DNA of 64,000 bases. Source: Camelus ferus. Taxonomy: Eukaryota. The notes under the pieces were generated by a model. It had not been told where the DNA came from. It searched no databases and saw only the letters and a program-made list of their open reading frames with translations. Shown here piece by piece: positions 1-12,430 of the stretch; the stretch's first letter is position 1, and every line of letters begins with the position of its first letter. Made by a program: the position numbers and the translations under genes. The stretch spans positions 33,420,001 through 33,484,000 of the forward strand of contig NC_045696.1 of NCBI RefSeq assembly GCF_009834535.1, given 5' to 3'.

Positions 1-254
1 AATGTGTAAAGGAGTACTTTTCCACCTGGGAGTTCTCAGTAAAATGATCAGACTGCAGCTAATCTGTACTTGTGTTTTCTGCATTGCCCCATCCATGGCC
101 CCAGGGATTTCTAAAAGAGAATGGCCCAGTCTTGCTTCAGTCTTTGTCAGATGGCCATCTCCTTGGGTTTATAAATGGACTTTTATCTAGCTATGTCCTC
201 CAGCAGTAGAATGCAAATAGGAAATCCTTATTGAATCCTCCCACAACCCTTCTC

Positions 255-350
255 AAAGGAAAGTAAAACTTTCAACTTTACAGGTCAGGAAACTGAAGCT
301 CAGACAGGTCAAATAATTTTCCTAAGATCATGCAATAGTTCAAATTGCTT
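255..350. mobile_element. MIR SINE fragment
   Basis: MIR core-like text tttacaggtcaggaaactgaagctcagacaggtcaaataattttcctaagatcatgc. Confidence 0.65.
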
Positions 351-849
351 CCAGACTTTTCCCTTTTTGTTGTATTTCTTCTGGCCAACAATATATATTG
401 ACTTCTGGTCCCAGCAACATGGTGGCATGAATGAAAGAGGACTTTCTACAATGAGGATGAAGAAAAAAAGAGGGTTTAAGCCAAGAGCAGAAATTCTGCT
501 AACTGATGTTACATGAACACAGATAATACTCAATCAGATAGAAGCACTAGAAGAGAGGGGGTCAGCTTTTAATGCCCACGGAAGAATAAATATGCTTGGG
601 CCTGTCCAAACACAGACAGTAAATTTGTATTCTATTTGTCCAAAAAAGAGATTTAAAAAATGCATGTATCTGCCTAGACTTTGAGTAAAGGAAAAAATAG
701 TCATTAAAAGTATCCAAGACCCAGCCTTTTGTTACACTTTAACAGTGAGTCCAGTTTATATAACCCATGTTGCTGGTCCCTCTAAATTAAGAAATTAATC
801 ACTTAATCATGGGCCTGTAAAAATTGTAAGATACCTGAAAAAGCAGATA

Positions 850-1250
850 AAAACCAATTCTGTAAAATGATTTCTCCACCTAGGATGAGTGTGTTTCCAT
901 AGGAAAAATTAAAAACTTTTAATAAAGAAGAGCTAATAATAAAAAATTAAGACCCACAAGGAAATGTTCCTGAAGTGTCAACTGACATAACATAGAATTT
1001 GAAACTCCAAGTTATGATAGTAGAAGAAGCTGTGCAACATAATAAAATTAGAGTATTTAATTGATTACACATAAAAGGGACTATAATGTGGAATTTAGCA
1101 GAGATTTTTTAAAATAAGCAAATAGAATTTCTAGCACTTAATGTGTGTAATAATAACACTTAAACACTGAATAAATAGATTAGATATAGCTAAAGAGAGT
1201 CATGAGAATAGAAGACAGACTTGACAGAACATAAAATGTCTATCAATCAG
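850..1250 (+). mobile_element. Old L1 ORF1-region fragment
   Basis: A-rich, degenerate ORF1 coiled-coil-like sequence (aaatagaatttctagcactt...aataaatagattagatatagctaaagagag). Confidence 0.5.
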
Positions 1251-2068
1251 GTGCGAAGTTCCAAGCATATGTTAGGAGTATACCTGACTGTAATAGTCAC
1301 AATTTACAGGAAGTTAAGAAGTTTGCTGACTATAAACAGAAGCCAAAATGATAAATAATGGCAGCTTTACTGACTCTGTACTCTTCCTAGGACATAATTT
1401 CTAATGACTCAAAAATTTCCCCTATAATGTAGCATAATATTGAAGGGATTAAATGCTCTTTTGTGCTTCAATACTTTCATAAAAATTCTAGATTTTAGAA
1501 AACACCTTTTCCATGGAACACCAAGAATATATGACATCTTTTTTTTGTGACGTTTATAAGACAAATCTTTGCCTTGATTTTTATTATTTATTTGTTGCCT
1601 TTCTTTGGAGGATTAAACATCACACTCCAAGTAGAGTATCTAGTATAGCACTTGCCCCATAATCAGAACTCAATAATATGGTAGTTCTTTTTTATTTTAT
1701 AAACAAAATCTAACATATTACAAGAGGTGGACTCACTAAATATTTTAGAAAATTTCCAATAAAATAAAATTTGTCCTACAATCGAACTTAAATGGTGGAT
1801 GTATATTCATATTCTACCATATGCAGGAGTCCTGCATCCCCAGTTAACTCCATGACACATACCAATATCCTTCAAATGCAGCTATCACCTCCTCTTTCCT
1901 ATTCCAGAACTCTCCACCGTAGCAGCTAGGTGTCTTACCAACATTTCTCTCTACAGTTTCCCTTCTTCAAACTTGTAGGTACTGTACATCTTCTATTTAA
2001 AGAATTGCTGCCTCCTACAGTGTCATAAAAAAAAGAGATGATATTGAAATTTTCATTTTAGAGATTAA

Positions 2069-2645
2069 TGTCATCATTTTCTATTGCTGCATAGCAAATT
2101 ACTGCAGACCTATTGGCTTAAAATAGTACCTATTTATCAGGCAACAGTCCAGCAGGGCAGAAGCTTGGATACAGCATGACTAGGTTTTTGGCTCTGGTTT
2201 TTGCAAAGCTAAAACCAATGTTTAGGTCAGGTTGCATTATCACCAGGAGTTCAGAGTCCTCTTGTAAACTCATGTGGTTGTGTCAGGTGTAGGACTGTGG
2301 TCTTCATTTCCTCGCTGGCTGTCAGCTGGGGGTTGTTCTCCACTCCTAAAAGCTACCCACATTCCTTGGCATGTGGCTTCCTCCATCTTCAAAGCCAGCA
2401 ACAAAGAATTTCCCTTGTGATTCAAATCTTTAATGCCAGAAAGCACCATCCATTCTAAGGGCTTACCAGATTTGGTGAGGCCACCAGATGATCTTATTTT
2501 TTAAAGTCACCTAATCTGGGATCTTAATCACTCAAAAGTCTTTAATAGCAGCATATAGATTAGTATTTGATTGAAGAGAGAGAAGGTGGATGAACATCAG
2601 AGTAAAGAAATCATGGGGGCCATCCTAGAATTCTACCTACCATCA
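2069..2645 (-). mobile_element. MaLR LTR, MLT1E/F-like
   Basis: Starts ttttctattgctgcatagcaaattac; ends gggggccatcctagaattctacctacca, the reverse complement of the MLT1E-type 5' end (recalled). Confidence 0.75.
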
Positions 2646-2929
2646 CAATTTTAAAACTTATGCTCAGATAAAAGTTATGTGCCAAAGGTCATATGATTAG
2701 TGAAAAAAATCAAGTCTATATAATTTAATTAATGCAATATCACCATGACACACCTTCCCTTTCTTGTGCTCTTCTGAAGTTTTTTAATTACTTAAAGAAA
2801 TTAATTAAACACATATTTTTTCCTATTTCCCTCTCATATTTTTTTCTTTTACTCCCCCCTATACTCCACAGATTGTTTAATTTATTTCTTTGTCAAGAAA
2901 TAAATAAAAAAATGCTTACTCCATCTGTC

Positions 2930-3666
2930 CCTGGGAGAATCAAGGGTTGGGAAGTGAAGATGAAACAGGAGAATTATTAGGAAGCTATTACAATAACGTA
3001 GGCAAAATATAATGATTACTTAGACTAGGATGATGTGAGTGGTGATGAAGAGATGTGGTTAGATTCTAGATTTACAGGTAAATTGGATATGGTAGGTGAA
3101 AGAAAGAAAGAAGTCAAGAATGATAACCAGGTGGTTTTTGGCCTAAGCTTATGTGTTAGAATACAGATGCTATATGCAAAGTCAAGACAGATTCAGGAAT
3201 GGGTAGATTTTAAAAGCAAGTTATAAGAAGAATTAAAAATTTTGGATGTGTTTATTTTGAGGCTCCTAAATTCTCAATTGTTGAACAGGCAGTTGTGTAT
3301 GTGAGTCTCACAGTTAGGAAACAGAGCAAGCTTGTTAGAAACATAAACTGGGGAGTCTTTGGCGTAGGGAAAATATGTAAAAGAAAATTTAAATAGAGAG
3401 TATAGAGACCCACAAATTGATTCCTGGGTTGCTCCAATATTTCGAGGTTAGAAGGATAAGAACTTTGCAGCAAAGTAGACTAGGAATTGGGGGAAGACTC
3501 AAGATGCAGAGTATTTCAAATGCCAAGTAAACAACGTATTTTGAGAAGGAAGTGATACACAACTACTTAAAATGTTGCTGACAGATGGATTAAAATAGGA
3601 CCTGAGAAAGTAACCATTTAATATGACAATGTGGATGCGACTGGGAGAGCCATTTCAGTGGAGTAA
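2930..3666 (-). mobile_element. L2 fragment, left part (interrupted by an LTR)
   Basis: Typical antisense L2 text (ggaagctattacaataacgtaggc...gatgtggttagattctaga; gagccatttcagtggagtaa); resumes at 4276. Confidence 0.75.
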
Positions 3667-4275
3667 TGTGGGAGCCCATGATTGGGTTAACAAATTGTAA
3701 CAGATCCCAGCTGCCTGTCTCCTTAAAGAATATGTGCTTAGTAACTGCCTTGAGGTTTTAGCAATGACCCAGGCCCCCGGCTATAAACACTGGGCGTGCC
3801 TGCTGTTAGTCTTCTATCCCCAAAACAGCCTTGGGCCAGAATGGTAAACAACTAAAAAAAGCTGCAGACTCAGAGGTGAGAAGGCTGGTTAGCCAATGAT
3901 GGGTAAGATCCCCTGAGGGGGGCAACCTAAGACAGGCACAGCCGCCTGAGTCCAAGTTGTTAAGCAGCTGATTCCCATACGTTCCGCCCTGATAAGCTGA
4001 AAGGCTCAACAGAAACATGATTCACCAAAACATAAAGGGTCTTCTGACCTTGAGCCAAACACCAACAATAAACAAAGCCTTTGTACTCACTGCAATCCCA
4101 CACTGTCCTTCCCTAAATTCCTGCATGCCTCCTTTGACTGTACTCAATAAATATGGGAGCATTTGAGAAGCTCCTGGAGTTGGCTCCCAACTCCCTCTCG
4201 CTCTCTTGACTTTTTCTACAGAGTCTCAAGTAATTCATTCCATCTCAGTGGGACTTCTGCCGGCCAGAACCCACA
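3667..4275 (+). mobile_element. Solo LTR, ERV2 (betaretrovirus-like), young-looking
   Basis: Perfect inverted termini TGTGGG...CCCACA; exact 6-bp TSD GAGTAA (3661-3666, 4276-4281); several CpGs retained; contains a CTE-like motif; splits an L2. Confidence 0.88.
3867..3952 (+). promoter_or_regulatory. CTE-like RNA export element (single NXF1/TAP-binding internal-loop hairpin)
   Basis: AGCCAATGATGGGTAAGA (3891-3908) and CAACCTAAGACAGGCACAGCC (3923-3943) each differ by one base from the MPMV/SRV CTE core as I recall it; nested stems GACTCAG/CTGAGTC, GGCTG/CAGCC, GCC/GGC, GGT/ACC, TCCCC/GGGGG. Confidence 0.75.
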
Positions 4276-4650
4276 GAGTAATGGGAACCAAATAGATTCA
4301 TGAGAGAATGGAAAGTCAGGAATTGGAAACAATGAGTATAGAAACCTTTGTTGAGGAGTTTTGCTATGTAAGTAGAGCTGAGACATGAGACGGAGGTGAT
4401 CACTTAAGTGAGAAGGCAGAACAATTTTTTTTTTGAAAACTGTGGGTTATTATAGCACGTTTGTATGCTCTTGGGACTGAGACAATGGAAGGGGAAATAG
4501 ATGATATTTGGGAAGAAACATCTTCAGAATTGATTTCCTTAAGTGAAGAGTGGATGTGATCCATTGCAAATTAAGTAGTTGCCTTGGAGAATTTCTCTTC
4601 TGATTGCCCTTTTATTAGAGATATACGAATGCGAAGTCATCCTATTGCAT
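4276..4650 (-). mobile_element. L2 fragment, right part
   Basis: gagagaatggaaagtcaggaattggaaacaatgagtatagaaacctttgttgaggagttttgct continues the L2 after the TSD. Confidence 0.65.
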
Positions 4651-5829
4651 CTTTTTTCAGTGATATAAAAAAGCAAGCACAGTAGCAGAGAATAAGGAAT
4701 TGGGAGGAGGTTTTGAATTTAAAATAATGCTAGTCAGCATCATTATGTGGGATGCCGTGGAGTAGCAAGTTTCCTGTGGTGACGACCCAGAGATGAAGAG
4801 CTTGATGGCATATAATCCTGACAGCTGATTAGGCAGATTCTGTGGACACAACTGTGACTATCTGTGGAGATGGAGTAACTGGGAGAATTTTACTAAGATG
4901 ACTTAGAGCTCTGAGAGATTCCACTTGAGGAATTCTGAGAGGCAGTGTCATTGTGGCTGTTCCTGTTGGAGCTGGTAGAGGAATAGAAATATGGAAAAAG
5001 CACCCAAAATCAATCTCTTCTCTAAAGACACATGAAGTTGCATTCCTAGAGGACACTAACTTGTTTTTGTCTTTATTCAATGTTATCACAAAAAGTAAAT
5101 ACCCATGCATAGTTTTTTTGTAACTGCTAGAAATGCAGAGGAAATTTGACCAACAGCCATTACCCTAATAAACAAAGAGGAAACACTGTTTGGGGGAATT
5201 TGGTTATTAATAAATTGATAACTAGTAATATAATTACACTACCTCTTCCAGAATAATCTGGGGGTACAGAAAAATTTATCTTTGTTAGAGTGAATCTAGA
5301 AACATGGAGGAAATACTGTGTGCGGAGCCTTACGGATCAAAGGACAAATCACGGTAATAAAGCAATTTTCTAGTTTTGCTAGAGAATTACGTAGTGAGAA
5401 AAAGATTCGTATTATTCTTTAAGATAACATAGAAACTCTTTCAATTTTATACTCTAATGGTCTTAGTCCCTCTCAAAGTACATTATTTCCTGTGCATAAG
5501 AAGCTGTTATATATTTGTTTTGTCTACAGATACATAAGTGTGGTTTTTGAATTACATTCAATATAAAGCTGGCATTAAAAGGGGACACTGCAAATTAAGG
5601 TATTCATCTTATTGAGCCTTTTTGATAAAAATAGGATTGTATATTGGGAAAGTAGCTTCTTCTTACAAAGTTACAATTTAAAATGACATTGAGCTCCACA
5701 CTACTTTTCATCATTTTTCATTAGAAATAAATATAATATGAGACATGGTTATAAAATATTAAGCTTGATTTTAATATGCCAGACATATGTTAGTGATCTC
5801 CTTTCAAAGATGGCCATTATTATGTTGCC

Positions 5830-5960
5830 CTTTCTCAAATGGTTTTCGGAAAACTCCTTTTGAAATTGTCTTCAGAATTTTTTGGAAAATGGCAAGAGTG
5901 GTGGCCGCATATTTTTTGAATCTTGCCAAATCTCTTAATATAAGTGGAGGGACTAGATAA
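5830..5960. mobile_element. Ancient Mariner (MARNA-like) fragment
   Basis: aaactccttttgaaattgtcttcaga...attttttgaatcttgccaaatct resembles the recalled MARNA consensus. Confidence 0.35.
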
Positions 5961-7231
5961 GATAATAAAATTAAGCACATGTTTTCAAAACTGACAACAA
6001 AACTGTATGAGAAGGTATTCTTAAAACTACAAATTGTAAGTAGATAGGGTTAAACTGGCAATACATAATAACTGTGTGTTGCATTCATCTGGTGAGAGGG
6101 GAGCAATGGGGTTACAGATGGAACAAAGAGCATGGAGCCACAGACTAAGCAACAAGTACCCATGGAAGGCACGGGAGGTCAGCTGGAAATTGGCAGCTGA
6201 AACTGGAAGGGGTTTTGCTCACTCCAATAATGGGTGCATGCATGCAGTTCATGGAAAGTGCTGAAGCTGCCTGAGCATTCTGTATCCTGTGAACTCTTAA
6301 AACCAGCCAGCCAACATTCCCTTCTGGGAGGGGGTCACAGTCTAAGCAGAGACCGCTTAAGGAGTAATAAATTAGGCAGGATAGGAATAACAGAGATGAA
6401 GGAATGAGAAGATCTCTTTGAAAGTGGGCTTGGGAACACAGCCAGGAAGTCTCATAAAATAAGCCATTATTTTTTTTTTAACACTACCCAAAACTTCTGT
6501 GAAGTTAGAAAAGCTATCTCATCCAAGCCCCCTTCTTACAGTTCAGGAAAACTAAAATCACGTACATGTGAGCAACAGAAAAACATCAGTGTCAAATCCC
6601 ACGCAAAGTTACTGTAAGGAAAAAAGGAATAAGGAGGAGAATAACTTCTTTATAGACAATGAAATCTCACCAGAAAGTCAGGCTCAAAACACAAGAACAA
6701 TTAAAACTGTACTGTACTACTTCAAAATACGCTGAAGTAAATTAAGAAAAATGATACAATATATGAAAGAAAAACACTTTTCAAATGAGAAAACCCTTAG
6801 AAATAAGGTACCAGACTCAAGAAAATTAGAAGTGAAAGAAAACATATATTATACAGGAAATCTAAGCTAGAATGAACAAAAGAGGAAATAAACTTAATAC
6901 AGCCTTTTTAGAACTATAAGCTAAAAAACAAAAAAAAAAGATAAAAATAATAAAGAGGTGGTAAAAATTTGAGAGAAAGTGACAAATATTGACAATAAGC
7001 AAATAAGATCAAGAAGAAGTGAATCTCAAGAATTTCATCCACACCTGGATCTCTTCTAAATTGATAAATCTTCAGTCCTGAGCCTGAGCCTGATGTTAGA
7101 TGAGATCAAACTGTTAGGTAATTTTATAAATAAATGAGTGTATAAATGATAGAAGAATGTATGTAATGCTTTAGATAGAGAGTAGGTTAGGAACTTTTAA
7201 AACATGGCTGCAAATTTTTTGAGATTTCTCC

Positions 7232-7719
7232 TGCTATAGATGAAACATTTGTGTCTTTTCAAATTCCTATGTTGAAACTTAAATCCCCAGGGAGATGGGA
7301 TTTAGAAGTAGAGCCCTTTGGAAGGTGATCAGGTCATGAAAGTAGAACCCTCATGAATGGGATTAGACCTTGGAGACCTTTAAGAGCTCCCTTGTCCCTT
7401 CCACCAGGTAAAGACACAGCTACAAAATGGCAGTCTATGAATTAGGAAGCGGACCCTCAACAGACACCAAATCTGCCTGCAACCTGATCTAGGACATCCT
7501 AGGCTCAGAACTGTGACAAATATACTTCTATCGTTTAAAAGCCACCCAGAGGAAAGGGTAAGACTAAGTGGTAGAATGCCTGCTTCGTATGCACAGGGTC
7601 CCTGGGTTCAATCCCCAGTACTGCCATTAAAAAAATAAAGAAAGAAAAATAAAGAAAATTATAGCAAGCAAGCCACTCAGTCTATGCTAACTTGTATACC
7701 AGCCTGACCAGCTAAGACA
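7232..7719 (+). mobile_element. MLT1A-like MaLR LTR
   Basis: tgctatagatg...caaattcctatgttgaaac...ccctcatgaatgggattag...ctaagaca termini and core. Confidence 0.8.
7550..7669 (+). mobile_element. tRNA-derived SINE (camelid Vic-1-like)
   Basis: Degenerate A box, B box GGTTCAATCCC, A-rich tail; TSD aagccacccag (7539-7549) / aagccactcag (7670-7680). Confidence 0.85.
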
Positions 7720-8627
7720 GCAACCAACAACAGGGATGCAGTTGGGGAACTGTATCCTTTCTTCTTTAATTTGGAAAGACTTGTGACTGCTTTGACCATA
7801 GTGTATGAAGAAATTTATGAAAGACCTTATAGCTTCCCCTTTATTCCTGGGAATAAAGGGGCCCTCAGTGTCCATGTAAAGTATCAATAACGCTGAGACC
7901 ACCATCTGTAGAAACGACACATAGGTGCTCCAAGTCCAGCCACCAGGTGTAAGTGAAGAAACTATCTTAGTAATCTGTTTTCCAGCCTCAAACATCATGG
8001 AGTAGAGATGAGGTGTCCCCTCTGTATATTTTCCAAGTTTCTTTCTCACAAAACTTGTAAGCCTTGTAACGTTAGTATTTTGGCCACTAAGTTTTGGGGT
8101 GGTTTGATACGCAACAATATATATGTGGGACATCAGCACATAACCTAGCACATTTCCTGGGATTTAAACAAAAGGAAACATAAATCTTTTGGATATCCAG
8201 GGGGAAAAATGTGAATTATGTGGAAAATAAAATTAGATTATCATCAGGCTTTCCAAAGGCAGTGTTTTATGTTAGAAGAAAACAGAGTAAACATGTAAGA
8301 CTCCCATAGTAAGAAAATGAGATAAGCTATTTATCCACTAAAACTGACCTTCAATTATGAAAGTCACAAACTGGTATCAACGCACAAAACTCAATGAAGA
8401 TAGTTCCCTTGTTCTCATCCTAAAACATAGAGTAAATCCCATAGAGAGTGAGATTCAGAAAGCAAAAACGACTAAAGACACACTGATGTGATGACTTGTG
8501 GTGTGTATTCAAGATAAGGTTAGGTGTTAAATTGAAACTAAATGAGGGTTAAATGGGAAGGCATATAATATTTATTGACTTTGAAATCTGATGACATAGA
8601 TATGATTAAATATTAAAATATGCAATG

Positions 8628-9249
8628 AATATATCTGGAGGTAACTGTAATTCCAAAAGATACATGCACCCCAATATTCATAGGAACACTATTTACAATA
8701 GCCAAGACATGGAAGCAAGCTAAATGTCCATCCACAGATGACTGGATAAAGAAATTTTGGTATATTTATACAATGGAGTACTATTCAGCCATAAAAAAGA
8801 ACAAAATAATACCATTTGCAGCAACATGGATGTACCTAGAAATCGTCATTCTAAGTGAAGTAAGCCAGAAAGAGAAAGAAAAACACCGTATGATATCACT
8901 CATATGTGGAATCTAAAAAAAGACAAAAGAAGACACTAATGAACTCATCTACAAAAGAAAAACAGACTCACAGACATAGTAAACAGTCTTATGGTTACTG
9001 GGGGGAAAAGGGGTGGGAAGGGATAAATTTGAGAGTTTGAGATTTGCAAAGGTTAATCACTATATATAAAAACATAAAAAATAAAAATCTGCATAACACA
9101 GGGAACTATATCAATATCTTATAATAACATTTAATGAAAAAGAATATGAAAATGAATATATGTATATATACATGCATGACTGGGACATTATGCTATATAC
9201 CAGAAATTGACACAGCATTGTAACTGACTATACTTCAATTTTAAAAAAA
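8628..9249 (+). mobile_element. 5'-truncated lineage-specific L1 (ORF2 end + 3'UTR)
   Basis: aaaagatacatgcaccccaat...caatggagtactattcagcc; G-rich tract; ends gtaactgactatacttcaatt plus A tail. Confidence 0.9.
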
Positions 9250-9315
9250 GGCCTATAGCCTAACTTGAATTGGAAATATCAGTATGAACTCTAGAGATAT
9301 TTTATCTTTAAATAT

Positions 9316-9670
9316 ATTGCATCAGGTATCTATCGCCATGTAAAATACCACCTGAAAAGTGAATGGCTTACAACAACCTTTTTTATTTGCTCATAATTTT
9401 TTGGGTTTAGTGATTTCGGCTTAGCTGGGTGGTTTCTTACCAGTGGTCTTTTTGGGAACATTAACACAGTGAAAGTCAGCTGGCAGCTGGAGGTGGGGCT
9501 GGGCGGGGTGAGTTGTGATCCAAGATGGCCTCACTCACATGTCTGATGGTTGGGTCAGCTTTCACCTGGCCCCTCCCTCCATGTGGTTTCTTAGCCTCTA
9601 AGGGGCTAGCCCAGATGTTTTTCTTGGGGTTTGGGCAGCGAGAGACTGCTAAGAGCATGCACAAGATCTC
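9316..9670 (-). mobile_element. MLT1 (older subfamily) LTR fragment inside an old L1MC-like 3' fragment (about 9250-9920)
   Basis: aatggcttacaacaacc...tttgctcataatttt...atccaagatggcctcactcacatgtctg; flanks aacttgaattggaaatatcagtatgaactc and aaatatttatcctgcctttgct. Confidence 0.65.
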
Positions 9671-10029
9671 TGGGTAAATGAGAGTAAAGAATCAAATATT
9701 TATCCTGCCTTTGCTATTGTTGTACAATTTTAAAGAATGGACTATAGAGTAATGTCTAAGAATGCACACTTGGATAATAAAAATCATAAAGAAAGGCAAA
9801 GATGTTTCTAATGACAAAAATCAGAATAGTGTTATTTTTAGAAGGAGAGAGAACATTGTTTTCAGGATGGAAAATAGAAGGACGCTTTGGGGTGCCAGAC
9901 TCAAAGTTCCATTTTTGACGAGGAAGAATGTATGATGAGGTTGTGGGACAGTGATGACATGAATATATTCTTTATAGATAAAGATTTACAGAAATTCAAC
10001 GAATCTATAACAGGTATTCAAGTTAATTC

Positions 10030-10190
10030 TCCAGGAAAAATTCAAAATATTCTTTTTTTGCAAAGTGGCAGTTACTTTTGAATAAACACATAACCTATGA
10101 AAGTGACTATTTTGAAGGTATTAACAATATCTAGATGCATATATTCTACTGTTTATTTACAAATTCACAATTCTTAGAGCCACATATAAT
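10030..10190. mobile_element. MARNA-like Mariner fragment
   Basis: gcaaagtggcagttacttttgaataaacacataacctatgaaagtgactattttgaagg resembles a Mariner 3' end. Confidence 0.4.
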
Positions 10191-11354
10191 ACATTAATTT
10201 TCATAATGACTTATATAGCGGAGAAAATATAATCATGTTGGTATGGAGGGTTGGAAAATTTTATATGGAAATGCATATAAAATATTTTATGTACAAAAAA
10301 AAAGTGTTGCTAGAGTTCATTTCTGATGCATATATGTATTCTCTGTCTAAAAATGAGGGCTATCTTTTTTAAAGAGTGTTTGCAAGAATAAAATAAGAAA
10401 ATGTATGAGGTCTAGACATTTTGAGCAATGGTGCTTAAGAGAGTGGAACCGTCTAACAGAGAGGACATTTGATTGACAGGCTTGGGAATGACTCAACTTG
10501 TGAAGAGAAGGATAACAATAGTGCTTCAAGCAAACTTTCTATTTCTGCTTGGATTATTTGAGAAATTCAGGCAAAATTCAAGCAGTCGCTTCCACTGTTC
10601 ACATCACTTCTGCAGTAGCATAAGGCTATGCTGGGAAAATGAAGCACACTGATTTAATAACTGACAAGGATGCAGGATATGTAGAAAGTACTGGTGACTG
10701 GCATCACTGTGCAAGTGCTCTGACTTTGATTTTCTGTAACTTAAGAGCAAAGTATAAATGTAAGCTAATCAATTTTGACATTCTATAAATTATGTTTTTC
10801 AACTCTCCTAATATTGCAATTAAATGTGGATGTAAATAACTAATCAAAAAGCTTTGGTGTTAAGATTTCGTTGTAAATGGTGCCAAGTATCTCAGAAATT
10901 TTACTGTAATTTGTTGTGGAAGATAACGGTGTAAACACAACCTTTTCAAAGCAGCAGAGTAGCAAGCAAAGGGATGCTGTCTTTTGAAATATGTTCAGAT
11001 AAGGCAAAAGAAAAAAATCTTAAATTAAAAAAAAATGAACGTGCGAGACAAAAAGGCATAATAGCAAGAATTTCTTTAATAGAATTGAAATTGGTTTTCC
11101 CTGGACTAAAATACTAAGGAAGGTAATGAACTAGAAAGTCTCTTGGCCAAAATCAGCCAGGAGGTTATTGCCGTGTATCTGAGTTGTCTATTCCATCCAG
11201 GGGAAATTCAAGGGTGTAAGAATAGATCACACTCATCTGACGCTAATCTTAATGTGTTTGGACCCAAATTGCAACCAAATTGTTGCTTTTGAATAGCGGT
11301 CCCCTCTTACTGCTTCTGCATCTAGGCTTGAAAATTGTATGGCTTCTCCTTCTC

Positions 11355-11401
11355 ATCTGTTTTACTGCTCCTGCTAACCCTGGTTACAAAAATTCCTTTT
11401 C
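11355..11401 (+). repeat. 47-bp dispersed direct repeat, copy 1
   Basis: atctgttttactgctcctgctaaccctggttacaaaaattccttttc; 46/47 identical to 12431-12477. Confidence 0.95.
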
Positions 11402-11879
11402 AGTTAAATTTGCATTATCTTCACGCATCTATGCATTTTTTCTTTCTAGAGGAATAAATGCAGATTTACACGAAAATGAGCTTTCATTGCAGAAGGAAAA
11501 AAAAATATCTTGGGAGTGTCTTCAGCAATCCTTACTATCCATAACTTTTACACCAGATTGACACTTTTGTTAAAAGTGTCATTATCTCCATTATCTGATA
11601 ATTAAGTGATCCATTTTATTGTATGTTTTAAGTTTTGCTTCTTTGTGATTATAAACTGAACTGCAGTTTTCCAAACAATATAGTCAGATCGTCTGAAATA
11701 GTAATGAATTAATACATATTTCTGTATGTGGACTCATCTAAGTTACATTGGATAATAAATAAGTCTATTAGTCTATTTTGTACTTATACAAATGTGTGTA
11801 TGTATGTATAATATTGGTCTAGATGCTAAATAATATGAATTAATAAAAATATATATCTAATAGATATTAATTTTCTCTG

Positions 11880-12060
11880 TTCTGCTTTGTATGATGTTGA
11901 AAAAAATTAGTCTTCAGTTTCATCATGTGCAAAATGGGCATGGTTATTATAATGACTATTTCACTGGATTTCACTTGGCAAAAAAATACACATAGTTGTA
12001 ACTATAATTAAACCTTTAAATGAGTATCTGTATGTTAAATATGTGCTATAGACAAAAGTT
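11880..12060. mobile_element. MIR fragment
   Basis: tcttcagtttcatcatgtgcaaaatgggcatggttattata. Confidence 0.55.
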
Positions 12061-12430
12061 TTCTCAGGGAGATGATGACAACTTTCAAGATTACCTTGGT
12101 AAAAATGAGAATGGCTTTTGTAGGCACAAAAGTCTTCTTCATAATACATACTTAATGTTTGATAACAGTTATTACTACATTTACTCAGTCTGTTTTTAAT
12201 AATAAATATAATTTTAAATACATGGAAAAATTCTTTAATTAGCAGAAACTATTTCAAGTGGGTAAGATAGAGATTAGCCAGTTAAATTCAGTAAGTCAGA
12301 ACTCAACCCTTAGTGTAATGTTATTATTTTGGGGGAGAGTTTAAATAAAGGGGTATAACCTTGTTCATGATATGATTGTCAGAAGCAGTTTTAACTTGCT
12401 GTCCATTAATGAAGATACTCTGAAATAGGA

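Larger units (their letters stand above)
7025..8125 (+). mobile_element. MLT1G/H-like LTR with an internal-region remnant, split by an MLT1A
   Basis: Internal-like 7025-7187; LTR start aaaacatggctgcaaattttttgagatttctcc; resumes gacttgtgactgctttgacc; ends gccactaagttttggggtggtttgatacgcaacaata. Confidence 0.65.
6560..8627 (+). mobile_element. Old L1 ORF1 region, interrupted at about 7020-8125 by nested MaLR/SINE insertions
   Basis: ORF1-like A-rich segments at 6560-7020 and 8130-8627 (aaaattagattatcatcaggcttt; aaaactgaccttcaattatgaaag). Confidence 0.55.
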
